Source: Camelus ferus (lineage: Eukaryota). From it: a DNA stretch of 64,000 nucleotides. The stretch is taken from NCBI RefSeq assembly GCF_009834535.1, contig NC_045697.1:42410001-42474000 (forward strand). Direction: 5' to 3'. Numbering within the stretch: position 1 is the first letter of the stretch; every line of letters starts with the position of its first letter. The translations under genes were made by a program, and so were the position numbers. Positions 14,541-26,850 of the stretch are shown here, piece after piece. The notes under the pieces are model-generated. The model was not told where the DNA came from. It worked only from the letters and a program-made list of their open reading frames with translations, and did no database searches.

Positions 14541-14642
14541 ATTAATAATCCCCTTTAAACTGGCATTTGTTCTTAGAACAAACAAGATTACAGATTTCCT
14601 TCTTTTCAACCTTGACAGGTAAGTATTTTACCTGTTGGCCCT

Positions 14643-16788
14643 TATATTAGTCAGATAGGGTTGCAGTAACCACAGACTGGGTAGCTAAAACAACAGGAAT
14701 TTATGTCTCACAGTTCTGGAGGCTAGGAAGTCACAGATCAAGGTGTTTGTGGATTTGGTAACTAGTGAGAGCGCTTGTCCTGGTTTACAAACAGCCCCCT
14801 TCTCACTGTGTTCTCATGTGTCAAAAGAGAAAGAGTGAGCTCTCTGGTATCTCCTCTTATAAGGACACTAATCCTATTGGATTAGGGTCCCACCTTCATA
14901 ATGTCATTAACCTTAATGATTTCTTTATCCAAAACACAATCGCATTAGAGGTTAGGACTTCAACATATGAATGTGGGAGGAACACAACTCAGTCCATAGC
15001 ATTCAGCCATGGCCCTCCAAAATGCATGTCCTTATCAGATGCAAAATATATTTGTTTTATTCCAACAACCTTAAAGGGCTTAACTCATTCCCGCATTAAC
15101 TCTAAAGTCTAAAGTCCAAAATCTCATTAAATATCTAAATCAGGTATGAAAGAGACTTGAGACACTATTCATCCTGAGGCAAAATTCCTCTCCAGCTATG
15201 AACTTGTGAAACCAGACAAGTTATGTGCTTACAAAATACCATGGTGGGGCAGGCACAGGGGAGACATTCCTATTCTAAAAGAGAAAAATAGGAAAGAGAG
15301 AAGGGATGACAAGTCCCAGGTAAATCCAAAACCTAGCAAAGCCAATTACATTAACTCTTAAATCTTGAGAATAATCCTCTTTGGCTCAATGCCTGCCCTC
15401 CAGGCCCACTGGGATGACAGCATCACCCCCATAGCTCAGTGGGGTGGCTCCACTCCTCTGACTTGGAAGGACAGAGCTCCCTGCAAGGGCTCCATCAATA
15501 TAGCTCTGCCAGGACCCTGTCCTCTGAAACTGAGGAAGAAAGCCTCCCCTGGGCCTGTGATGGAGTGGCAGCCCTGATGATGAAGACTAAATAGTCTTCA
15601 AAATCATCCCCCCCCCCTTTTGTTTTGAAGAATAGTGTATGTTTACACCCAAACAGCTCTATAATCTTGTCCTGTAGGATTCAAGAAGCTTGACAGCTTT
15701 CCTTCATTGTACCCATCTCTGTACCCTGCAGTTCAGACTAGCAGTATTTCTCCTTGCAAATCCTATAGGCTGTTTACTGAGTAATAGTCCAGATACACCT
15801 TCGGTATTCTTCAGAACATACTTTCTCACTTTTGGCAATACAAACAGGCTGAGACATTTTTCAAATCTTTAAGCTCTGCTCCCTTTTTGCTAGCACTTCT
15901 TTCTTCAATTCATCTTCCTCCTCTCACATTTTGCTACAGATAGACAGAAGGAACCAAGCCCCTCCTTCAATAATTTTCTTAGAATTCAACTCAGCTAAAT
16001 ATCCATTTTCATCACTTGCAGGTTCCACCTTCTGCAAAACACTGGAGCAGAATTCAGCCAAGTTCCTTGCCAGTTTACAACAGGGATTGCCTTTCTTCCA
16101 GTTTCCAGTAACATGTTCCTCATTTCCATGTGACATTTCACCAGAATGGTCTTTACCATGCATATTTCTACCAAGATTCCGTTTATGATTATTTACATAT
16201 TCTCTAAGAAGAATGAGGCTTTCTCTCCAGTTCTCTTTTCTTTCTACACCCTCACCAGAATGCCTTTCACATCCATATTCCTATCAGCAGTCCCTTCACA
16301 GCAATCCAGGCTTTTTCTAGCATGCACCTCAAAACTTCTCCAGCCTCTACCCATCACCCAGTTCCAAAGCTGCTTCCATATTTCTGAGATTTGTTACAGG
16401 AGCACTTCTATTTCTCCATATCAAAATCTGTATTAGCCAGCAAGGGCTGCTATAACAAATACAACAGACTGAATAGATTAAAGAACAGAATTTTATTTCT
16501 CACAGTGCTAGAGACTAGGAAGTCCAAGATCAAGGTGCTAGCAGATTAATTTCTGGTGAGATTACTCTTTCTAGTTTGCAAATAGCTATCTTCTCACTGT
16601 GTCCCCACACGGCAGAAAAAAGCAAGCAAGCTCTCTGGTGTCTCCTCTTATACAGACACTAATTGTATTGAATCCAGTTCCCACACCTATGACCTCACTT
16701 AACTTCAATTGCTTCCTTATTTCAAATAGTCACATTGGACGTTAGTTCAACATATGGATTTTAGAAGGACACAAGTCAGTCTATAGCA
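14643..16788 (-). mobile_element. Complete MaLR provirus (MLT1A-type): LTR 16429-16788, internal 15002-16428, LTR 14643-15001
   Basis: Two homologous ~360-bp LTRs (minus strand begins tgctatggactga/tgctatagactga). The MaLR-internal remnant frame 15924-16163 reads GNEEHVTGNWKKGNPCCKLARNLAEFC. Perfect TSD GCCCT at 14638-14642 and 16789-16793. Confidence 0.93.
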
Positions 16789-19700
16789 GCCCTACTGATT
16801 GATGTATAAAATGTTCTTATAGATGTGTACACATAAAGTGCTTTGGGCATATGGCTGTGGAAGGAATGTAATTCGTGGAGCTGAGGTTTTTAAGTTTACT
16901 GATACAAACACTGACAATTTATCATGCTATCACAGATGAACTAATTCATGACAGTAATATTAATATAACAAAAAGTTGAAAAGACACCTTTTTGACTCTT
17001 TAGAAAAAGAAGTTCAGATCAGCTGCAACAGGAGACAAGAAAAGCATAGATAAGTAACATAGTAAATAAGCCCCCAAAATTATCTAATTCAATAATTTTG
17101 TACCGTCCCCTCTATGGACTTCTATCTCTCTTTAATGAAAAAGGCTAATTTTCCACTAAAACTATTTTTGAAAGTTATAAGAAATCTTACTTCAGTCATA
17201 TTTTGAGCATTCTCTGGTTCACCCTCTAAATTTTCAATAAACAAAATGGACAGTATATGAAAGAAAAGAAATTCACTAAACTTTACTATAAAGTCCTTGA
17301 GAAAAAGGATATGATGTTTCATTTAAAAAGTGGCTAGGCCAGCTTACCTCAAAACAAGTGAATTTCCTTAAGAAAACTCTCATATTTGAGTATGCGGCAA
17401 AGTACTTTGTGCATACTTTCCATTTTGTCACAAAGAATACTAAACAGATCATACTAAGAGACAATAAAATTAATCATTTTTGCAGCTTCAGGACATTCTT
17501 AAGCAAAACTGGCACTGCAAATGTGTGGGGACAAAAAAATCTAATGACTATGAGCACCATTTGGTGTCACTGCCTTGATTCATGCAAAGATGCCACCCAC
17601 CACTGTCTTACCCATCACTGCTTTGTATCATGAGCACAAATGTCAACATAGTGGAAGAGGTAGTTAATATTTGAGTATTATTATCAACACAGTTTTGACT
17701 TCACAGATTCCCTAAAGAAATCTAGGGGGTATCCAGGGGTCTGTGGACCATACTTTGAGGACCTCCACTTTAGTCTTCCTGTATCTTGCAATTAGGTTTT
17801 CCTAAATGATTGCTTTCTTTTTGGTTGATGTTCTCCATCACCTACATCACAGAACTCCAACTGCTGAGAGAGGTTTCAAAGGAGATATCATTCTCTGACA
17901 TCAATCTATTTTTCCAATGTTGTCTCCCAGAATCCCTCTATAGTAACCAAACTCAATTCTGTAAAGTGGGTCTGATCTATTCCTTAGATTTCCACTTGGC
18001 CTCACTTTAACATGGTACTATTTGCTTGTATGAAATGTTGCTCCCCTTCCTCAATGGCCATAAAATCACAACCAGCTGAAGTCCACCTTCCTCAATGAGG
18101 CCCTCCCTAATTTCTCCTACCCACAGTAATTTGTCCACCCTGTACATTTGGGATTTATTGTCTAAATCATTCCTTCAGCACTTCCTACACTGCCTTTGTT
18201 AAAGATAATCTTTATAGTTTTTTTCCCCACAAGTTAGCCACTTTTACAGATTGATAACCTTGTCCTCCCAGTTCCCCAAGGACTGAGACCATGTGTTACA
18301 AATCTTTGTACACAGTGTAATGAGGGATGCATACACTGAAAAATAATTTTTGAATGAAAGTTGTGGTTGCCCCAGCTCGTCTGCTAAAAACCAGCTCCTG
18401 ACAGTCTTTAAGGAAAATTCTCCTATCTAGTCATTGATGAATATCTTTTATGGAATGTCTATGTGAGAAAAAATGGGCCATAAATTTCTGCCACAATTAT
18501 TTGTGCTCCTCCCTAGGACTACACTATCTGAGACAAACATTTCTTAAGAACTATAAGCTTGACAAAGAACATGCACATGTTAATAAAATATCTGATGGCC
18601 ATTCTTGTTGATGATAATTCCTGTTGTCCCAGTGCGATGAAAAAAAAAAAAAGAAGACTAATTAGTGCTGGTTCTGGTTTGTGTGCTCTTGATGAGAGAT
18701 ATTTCTACTAACCAGATGTCGAAAACCATGCTGCTTCTGGGCATATTCTGACAGCTTCAACTTGCTGCAGGTTTATCATAGAAGAAGCAAACAAAAGGAT
18801 GCTCCTGCCATTGTACATGCTGCGAATGTTTTGTTTCTCCTTCTCTAGGCAACCAGATCGCATCGTATATTCAGCAAATTCTATCAAGGGGCCTTGAATT
18901 TCACAATACATTGAGGTTCTCATCAAGGCTATCACACTGCACAATGGAAGCATACTTTTTTAGTGATCAAAAAATGTTTTAATAAGCCTAATCTTTTAAG
19001 TGAGCAATTGAGAGAGAGAGGAACATTCTTAAGCCTGACTTTAGTTTCACAGAAGTTAGCATTAGAGAATCAACATGCCAGTAGTTTGTCATCTCTAACT
19101 CAGGTTTATCCTGAAGAATCAAGTGAGTGAGCAAGACTGAGTGTGTAGAAAGTAGAAAGGATACAGGGGAAGAGAGGGGAATGGTACTGAGACCAATTTG
19201 GAGATGAAGGCTTTGTATCTGTCTGAAAATAATTTCATTTTCTTGATAGTATATGTACACATACCCCTATCCTCCTTCGTAGAGGTACTGTGAAATAGAC
19301 AGGGGGAGGGGTATCAGCAACACTTTATCTGTGCTTTCAGTCTCATGTTTAAGAAGCAACATACACAAAACTGAGTCTGGCCTGTTGCTTAAGGTCAGGA
19401 CCAAGTCTTGAAAATGGATTTTCCAACTTAAAAAAAAATCCCATTTAAATATATGCATTTACCTGTTTTTTAAAAGTCATACTTAAAAAGAATTTATATC
19501 ATATAAATCTTAAGGAAATTATAATAATTTGCAAATAAGCCTTAAAAGAACTCAGAAATTATTTACTCAAAACCATGTGATTTCATGGCAGAAGAATAGA
19601 GGTTCAAAGAGGTTGTATTTTTTCCAGAGTCATAAGGTGATTATTACAGCTATATAATCACCATGACCACATGCTAATTCCAAATGCAACTTTCATGTCA

Positions 19701-20490
19701 TTAAAATAAACAGAGCTAGGACTAACTCCCAGGCTCCTGATTCTTGGTCCAGGACTCTCTTCTTCAGTGCACTGCCTGTTTCATATCACATTTGCATAAT
19801 CAAGTATTCCCGGCATGATGATTATTACAAATGCTAATATTTATTAACCACATTCTCAGTATTTCCTAAATGAATACAAATTTCAAAAATATAATTACAG
19901 CCAAATGAGGAAACAAGCTTTTCTCTTTAGCATAGTGATACTTAAATTAGACTAAATTGGAAGAAATACTTGTCTGTATCAATAAAAGTCTGAATTATGA
20001 AATATTTTGCTTATAACATATCTCATTTCACAGAGTATTTGGGGCTGTTCATAGAAGTGCAATTGCTAGATATGAATAGACATTTGTCATCAGAACCACA
20101 GAGAAATATAAGTTGGAAGAGACAATTAGCGACTTTGGTGGTATGAAGGGAGGGTGGTGTGATGGAAATCAGAATATCTGTGATGATCTAATTTGTGACT
20201 ATTTTTCAGTTATCAATTTGATACAAAGCTACCTGAATGTCAAAATGGAAAGGGAAGCACAGTCAACTACACATTTGATATTATCAACCATGATAAAATA
20301 CTCTAATTCCCCAGAGAGAGTAAGCATTTCCTACATCTCATGCTAAAACTAATTTCTCAGATAAGACATATATCTCATCTACACCAATGAACAGCTAAGG
20401 CTGTCTATAAGTTTATAATTTTAGTAGTAATTAATAATAATTAGATTAAACTTATAACATTAGTAAAGGCCACATACATTCAATCTAAAT

Positions 20491-20670
20491 ACAAGTGTTT
20501 CTCAAACTATGATCGTGGCACCACCATCATCACAACCACCTGTTGCTTGTTAAAAATGCAGATGCCTAAGCCCCTCTCTAAATCTGAATTTCTCCACATA
20601 GGGTCAGGAATCTGCATTTGACAAGTTCCAAAATTGTTTCCGTATGTCTTCTAAAGTTGAAGAACCACTG
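20491..20670. mobile_element. MER5A-like hAT-Charlie DNA transposon
   Basis: Terminal inverted repeat-like ends caagtgtttctcaaact / agttgaagaaccactg; internal aaaaatgcagat...aatctgcattt. Confidence 0.75.
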
Positions 20671-23149
20671 ACATAGACCATCCAGAGCTCTGATGAGCAA
20701 CTCTCATTCCATAGGGTCCACAGAGCCTCTCCAGCATGACCGCATGGTTGTGACCTAATTCTGAATGCAACTTGCATGTCATTAAAAATGCAGGGCTCTG
20801 AAATCAACCACTGGTCAGAGTTTTCCCTTGGGAAAACAGCTGATCATTATGGTAGTTCAAACAATCCTTCCATAAATTGGGGTTTTGGCAAATGTTTGAC
20901 AGTAGACCATTCAGCTATAGAACATAAGCTCATAAAAGCAGCAACTTTAATTGGCTTACTGCTACATCCTCCATGCCTAGAATAGGGTTGGGCCTGGAGA
21001 AGACACTCAATTAATGCTCATTCACTATTTGTCAAAGATCAGGAAAAGTATTCAACATTATCAAATGTATATTTTAGCAATCAATTTCCTTCTAGAAAAT
21101 TTTTATTTTCCTTTTAGGAAATTCTGTCACCATCATATGGAGACAGAATAGAATCCCTTAAAGTGAGAGTTGTCTTCATTTCAGAACATAAAGTTAAAAA
21201 ATTGGGGTCAAATTCAAGATTTAATCAGCATCTAATAATAATTCGTAATGATTTGTAATTACCATTTGAAGTCATTAGCATAACAAGATTTTTCGTATTT
21301 TATTACTATAATATAAACATTAAAATTGATTCTAAAGTTATGTGTTGCCTTAGGTAAATATTCTTATGATCTTGTTTATTCTAACATTTATCGCTACCAC
21401 AGAGGTCAAATTACAAGAGACCTGAGAGGTGAATAATAAAACAAATATATTGCATATAAATTATTGAGATACTTCCTCACAGTTTCTCTTTTATGTTACA
21501 ACAAAATATGCTAATTTAGATGGCTAGGGTTTGCTACTAAACTCACTTCACAAAAACAATGATGACTGTTGATATTACTTCTACTAATGTTATTATCATT
21601 TTGTTGAAAAACATTTTGTTTTCCTGTGGAGATAATATTAAAACCTCTCAGTTAAAGCAATGAAATTAAAGCAATACATAAACTATGATACTATTTTACT
21701 GCATTATAAAAGTTTCAAGCAAATTCTAAAAGGTACTGTGGCCATGGAATAATGGCAACTTGTTTTTTTACAACATCTAAACATAACAACTAAAATACCC
21801 TGCATATCACATAAGAAAGCTAAAAAAAAAGGAATTGTTCACATGCACCATTCATATGGTTGTCAAGTGTAAATCTGGGTAATTACTACCTCTATAAACT
21901 GATCACTGGATATAACTACAGTTCACATCCTAAAATGCCCTGGTTATAGCCTCACTTGCAGCAACACAAGCAGTTTCACGAAGTGAACAGACATATGTAC
22001 GGCAGCAATCAAGGACATAAAACCACACCCAGAAAGGGAACTCTGCTACTCATGAAACCAAGTGAAACAGAGCAACTAGTAAGGATCCACGTAAATGTGT
22101 AACATCAGCAAAGCTGCATCGCAGTAACCCTGGACTTTATCAATCCTCATTATTATCATAAGATTACATATCAGAAATTAACTCTTTTGTATGATAAGAA
22201 ACAATTAACATAATTCCCTAAGAATTTAGGACTATTTTGAAAATAGCTGTTACGAGATGTGCCAACTACTATAGAACTGACCAATGATCTTGGCCAACAT
22301 ACTAAGAGACTTGGGATTTAAAAAAATAATATGAAAACCATTGTCCTAGTTCTACCACTTAGCATAAGTAGATCAAATGAAAAAGAATTAATTTCTAAAC
22401 TAAGTTTGGAACTGAGTATTTATCATCTTTAAGAAAGTAGTCAAAACTTTCAGACAATTGCATTTTCATCCAGAGATTTCTATCTCAAGAAATTATTGAA
22501 ATATGTTAAGTTATTAAGAATTTTAAAAACTTAACCCACTTCAACCTAGTTAAAGACTTTGTGGAGTATTGTTATTATTACTTTATATGGATTTCTTCAA
22601 ATCACTTTTACATACGTTATTTAATGTATCCTTCAAAAATTTCCATAGGTACTAGCTTGGAAATACGTTATTTCCACTTTAAAAAAAAAAAAAGGCTAAG
22701 AGGAAGTTTTACAAAAACTTTGTGTAAGTTTAAATCCAGTCAGCATCCGAATGATAGATCTAACTCAGCCTAAAGATCCAAGTCCTCTAATTTCCAGATT
22801 TTGCACTCATGTTTCTCTAATCAAAGAAATTTGGGAGGTTATTAACAATTTATGGATAATCCAGGCCATAAACCATATTTACAAAACAGACAAACAAAAA
22901 GATACAGTTAGGGCATTCGTTCACTTATAAAAAGAGTTCCTGGAGGATCCCTATTAATAGCATTTTAAGAAGGAAAGGAAAGTACTCAAGTTAACTATGA
23001 ACCAGGTGGGTTCTTGGGCACTTTTCATGTTTTTCCTAAATTTATTTTCCCATTAGTCCTGAGAGGTAGGTATTATTACACCATTCTATATAAAGTAGCT
23101 CAGAAAACCTCAGTAATGGTGAAGTTCAGTGCCTCCTCCGTTGGCCTGC

Positions 23150-23720
23150 TGCTTAACTTAACTCCCACAGTGCCTCTGAGGGCAGAGGTCGAGGGTCCCA
23201 GCCTACCTTTCCAGCCTTGTCTCTTGCTGCTCCACCATCACTAACCCTTGTCACACCCACACACGGTCTGAGTTGTTTCCCACAAGGACACACCAGGTCA
23301 ACACATCAGACCCTCAGAGCCATTCAGACATCCCAGGTCCACACACACACACACACACACACAGGACATCTCACAGCTCTGGGCTTCTGACCTCCTTATT
23401 CCTTCTGCTCAGGGTACTATTTGTTTCTTCATTACCCCAAAACCTCCTACTCCTCCCCTCAAAACCCAACTTAAATATCACCTGCTAAGTAAATCTTTAA
23501 GCCTTTTTGATTCTTATAAACAGTGACCTGCACAATTTGTTCATAAACATACAAGAACATTAACTACTTTTATTGTGATTTATTTACTTCCTATCTAACA
23601 CATCACTAGACATTGAGCTCTCCGAAAGTAGGGATCTCTCTGATTCATTCTGATATCTCTAGTGCTTAGCACAGTTCCTGGGACAAGACAGATTTTCAAT
23701 ACGTATTTGTTGAATGAAGT
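23150..23720 (+). mobile_element. L2 3' fragment
   Basis: Ends ctagtgcttagcacagttcctgg...caatacgtatttgttgaatgaa, the L2 3' terminus. Confidence 0.7.
23340..23363. repeat. (CA)12 microsatellite
   Basis: Read directly from sequence. Confidence 0.95.
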
Positions 23721-25307
23721 GTCACTCAATAGTCGGTAAAGTTGAAAGCCCATAACCACCGGCTTGTTTGAATGCAAATATGCTTCCAAATTATTTCTTG
23801 GTAGAGAATAAGAGAATAGTTAAGAAAAGTATATTCTCATAATTTTTTGAAACATTCCTTCTACAATCTTGTTTTCTTAACCTATTTACTCTGCTATTGA
23901 TTTAAGATTGCGCTAGAAAAATTTCATCCAGCCTAAACTGTGGCAAATTGCTAATTAATATCATCCAAATTAATGAGGTATGAGTGTTTCTAAGGGGAAA
24001 GAGATACTAAAAACTGGTATACCCCAAAATACATGAGTAGGTATTTTCTTTTAATAATCAGATTTAACTAACCTATATTCAATATTTTTTATCCTATTAC
24101 CATGGAAATACATTTGAATAGTCTTGCACAAGCAAAAATCCTACTCCATGAAAATAAGTTTCTACAAACTGTTTAAGAAGTAGATGCTCTTAAAATTCCA
24201 AACATCACTGTATATCTTTTACAAAGTTTTAACAAAGCATACCAAGTAAAACTTCTATCAAAAGAAAGAAAGAAATGTCCTCTTGTTATTTACTCATCTC
24301 TGCTAGCCTTAGGGAACTATGCATTTTCACGGAAATTACATTTTCAAAAACTACAAAGCAATGACAAGATAACAAGATAAAAAAAGCTTTTCTCTTTTAC
24401 TAAAATCAAAAGGCAGTTCATTTCCTAAACTTCAATGATTTTGTCTAGTTGAGACTGTGGCTCTAATAATTTCACCAGTAACAACATTAATAATATGTTA
24501 CAAGAGGTGATACTCTTTATGGAGACTTGTTTCATTATAGGGTTCCCCCACCCCAAGAGCAGCAAATGATCCCCTGACCACCTGAAAACAATGATAATTT
24601 ATGAACCAGGCAGCAAGCACCACGGAGGGCTCGAGTAGAACTGGCAACTTTCAGTTGGCCCTCATAACCACTTTTATGACTATGGATGTCCAAATAAGAA
24701 AAGAACAACCACCGAAACCATGAAGCCCACACAAAAAGGTGCACACTAGTTCAAGAAATACTTACTGATTTCTGAGTGTGTGTGGCTGAAGGCTGTAGCC
24801 ACCAGCCCTGGCAGAAGGGCCTCTTTGAGGGCAGAGTGAAGGGTCAACATTTTGGGCATTAGCTAGCAAAACCCAAAGGAGGGAAGAAAGGGAAAAAGTA
24901 GCCCCCTGGGGCTAATTATAGTAGAAATAGCATCCAGTCTGCAGCTTATAAAACTGTTCCTGTAAACCCACCTGCTGATTCCCTTTCCTTCTCCTTTCAC
25001 AGGATGTAAAAGCAGCCAATCAGAAGCGGTTGAAGGTGCCACCCACCCCACCACTGATCCCTTGTAGGTTGGCAAGAGAAAGTGAAAAAGAGCTGAGTGC
25101 CACCTCCCTCTCCTGCCTCTGCAGACAGGGTTAATGTTGATAATCATTTGACCACGGGCAGTCCACCCTCAGTAATTGCTGCCTCCTCCTTCCGTCTCAC
25201 ATTTGCATTGCAATTGCCTTCATCCTAGCACTGAAATGGCTCAAAGCTTTGTTTCGCCCGACCTTGTATAGATAACATGCACTTCTTCATAATCAGTCAC
25301 TACTTAC

Positions 25308-25397
25308 CATCTGTGCCATCCTTGAAGGGTGCCTGGGTAATATCCTTTTCTCCCAAAAGATGTTTTGAAAATAATCAGGCTATTGTTTTCTTTTATA
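25308..25397 (-). promoter_or_regulatory. Candidate TATA promoter plus short first exon encoding MAQM
   Basis: Minus strand TATAAAAG 25397-25390; strong-Kozak AGGATGG with ATG at 25319; ATG GCA CAG ATG|GTAAGT consensus donor at 25308/25307. Confidence 0.5.
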
Positions 25398-26329
25398 AGC
25401 ATGAGCGTTTATAATAGACACATGTAGAATATGTGCATATGCATATTTGTGTATACATATATGCATGCAATCTGATTATATGTGCCTTCCCTTGCAAGCT
25501 GTTTGGTTGGTGATCATTCAGCTTTAAATGTTTTTATAAACAGCATATTTTCACTTTGACTAAAGATGAGAATTTCAGTTTCATCCTGTAAAGGGAGTTC
25601 TTAAATTGCAGCATATTTATGTGGTAAGGCTCAGTAGCTGGGAAAGTTGAAGTGTGGGCTTTACTAACAAATGTGATTTGCCAAGGACTTTCATAATATT
25701 TGAGACACTAAATTAGGCACTTCCTGCATCCAGAAAAATGACAGTCTTATCCCTTATTGGGTTTATATTCTAACAGATATCACCATCTGCTATTTTTTCT
25801 TACTTTGAACATGGTATCAAAGAGACACAACAAATTTAAATGAATTTTAAGATTTTATAGTTAACTTATTCCATTCAGGGAATGGAAAAATTTTTAGAGG
25901 AAATGAGGTTTTTTAAAATTCACTTTTATTGGAAAACGTTCTCTCTCTTACACTGGTGATTAAGCACATAGACTCTGAAAGCAGACTGAGTTTAAATCTT
26001 ACCTAGCTCTACCATTTGTTGGTGTGGTAGCATCCTACTTAACCCTTGGTCTTCTCATCCTCGAAGTGAAAACAACAACCATAACTACTTCTCAGAGTTG
26101 TCCTTAAGGATTAAATGAGGGATTATGTATAGAGATCCAGGTTCACAGTAAATACTGTGTCAGCATCAATAATTACCCTTGAGCTGGGAAGCTACCCAAA
26201 AGGTATATCCTGTAAATCCAATGTTCAAGTCTACATATCCACCATTTCTATATATTTGATACATTTTCCATTACAATCATAAGCCTAAATTAAACGTGAG
26301 TACAACACATTTCCTGAGTGTTCACTGTG

Positions 26330-26850
26330 TGTCTTTACTTCTTCCAACACTGTTAGTTGCCTATCCCCACATTTTCCTTACCAACATGATCCTTTTTATT
26401 TTAAGAACAGTAATATGCCCAGCTAAAAGACAGAAAAAACATATCCTAGACTCCTTCCCAGATGGGGCATTCGTGTGACACAGTTCTAAACAATGAGATA
26501 TAAAATGAAAGTTCTTGGTTGAGACTTCTGAGAAACCTCTCTAAAGGGAGTCAACTTACTGTCATGTGAGGTTTGCTTTTGTTCATATCTTTTAACTTAC
26601 CTTGAGAGCAGATGCAGTAGCTGGAGCTCCAGCAGCCACCACACAACCATTTTAAAAGTCACACTCCAAGGATGGTTGAAAGAAAGGCTGAAAAGAACCT
26701 GGGTCCCGATATCATAGCAGACCAAACATGCAGCCCTGGACTACCTTTCTTCCAACTGACTTATTATTAGTTAATAAATGATAAACCTTTTTCCTGTTTG
26801 AACTGCTCTTATTTGGGTTTTCTATATATGAAGCCAAACTTACATTTCTG
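26330..26850 (+). mobile_element. Old MLT1-family LTR
   Basis: gcagatgcagtagctggagctccagcagccacc...cagccctggactacct...ataaaccttttcctgttt, MLT1J/K-like. Confidence 0.6.

Noticed and set aside
18708..18953. 81-aa ORF as a standalone gene
   Set aside because: No recognisable homology or promoter. Kept only as a possible exon in findings.
21880..22140. Mildly CpG-enriched unique segment with a possible minus-strand donor near 21889
   Set aside because: No convincing acceptor, promoter motifs or ORF; insufficient support.
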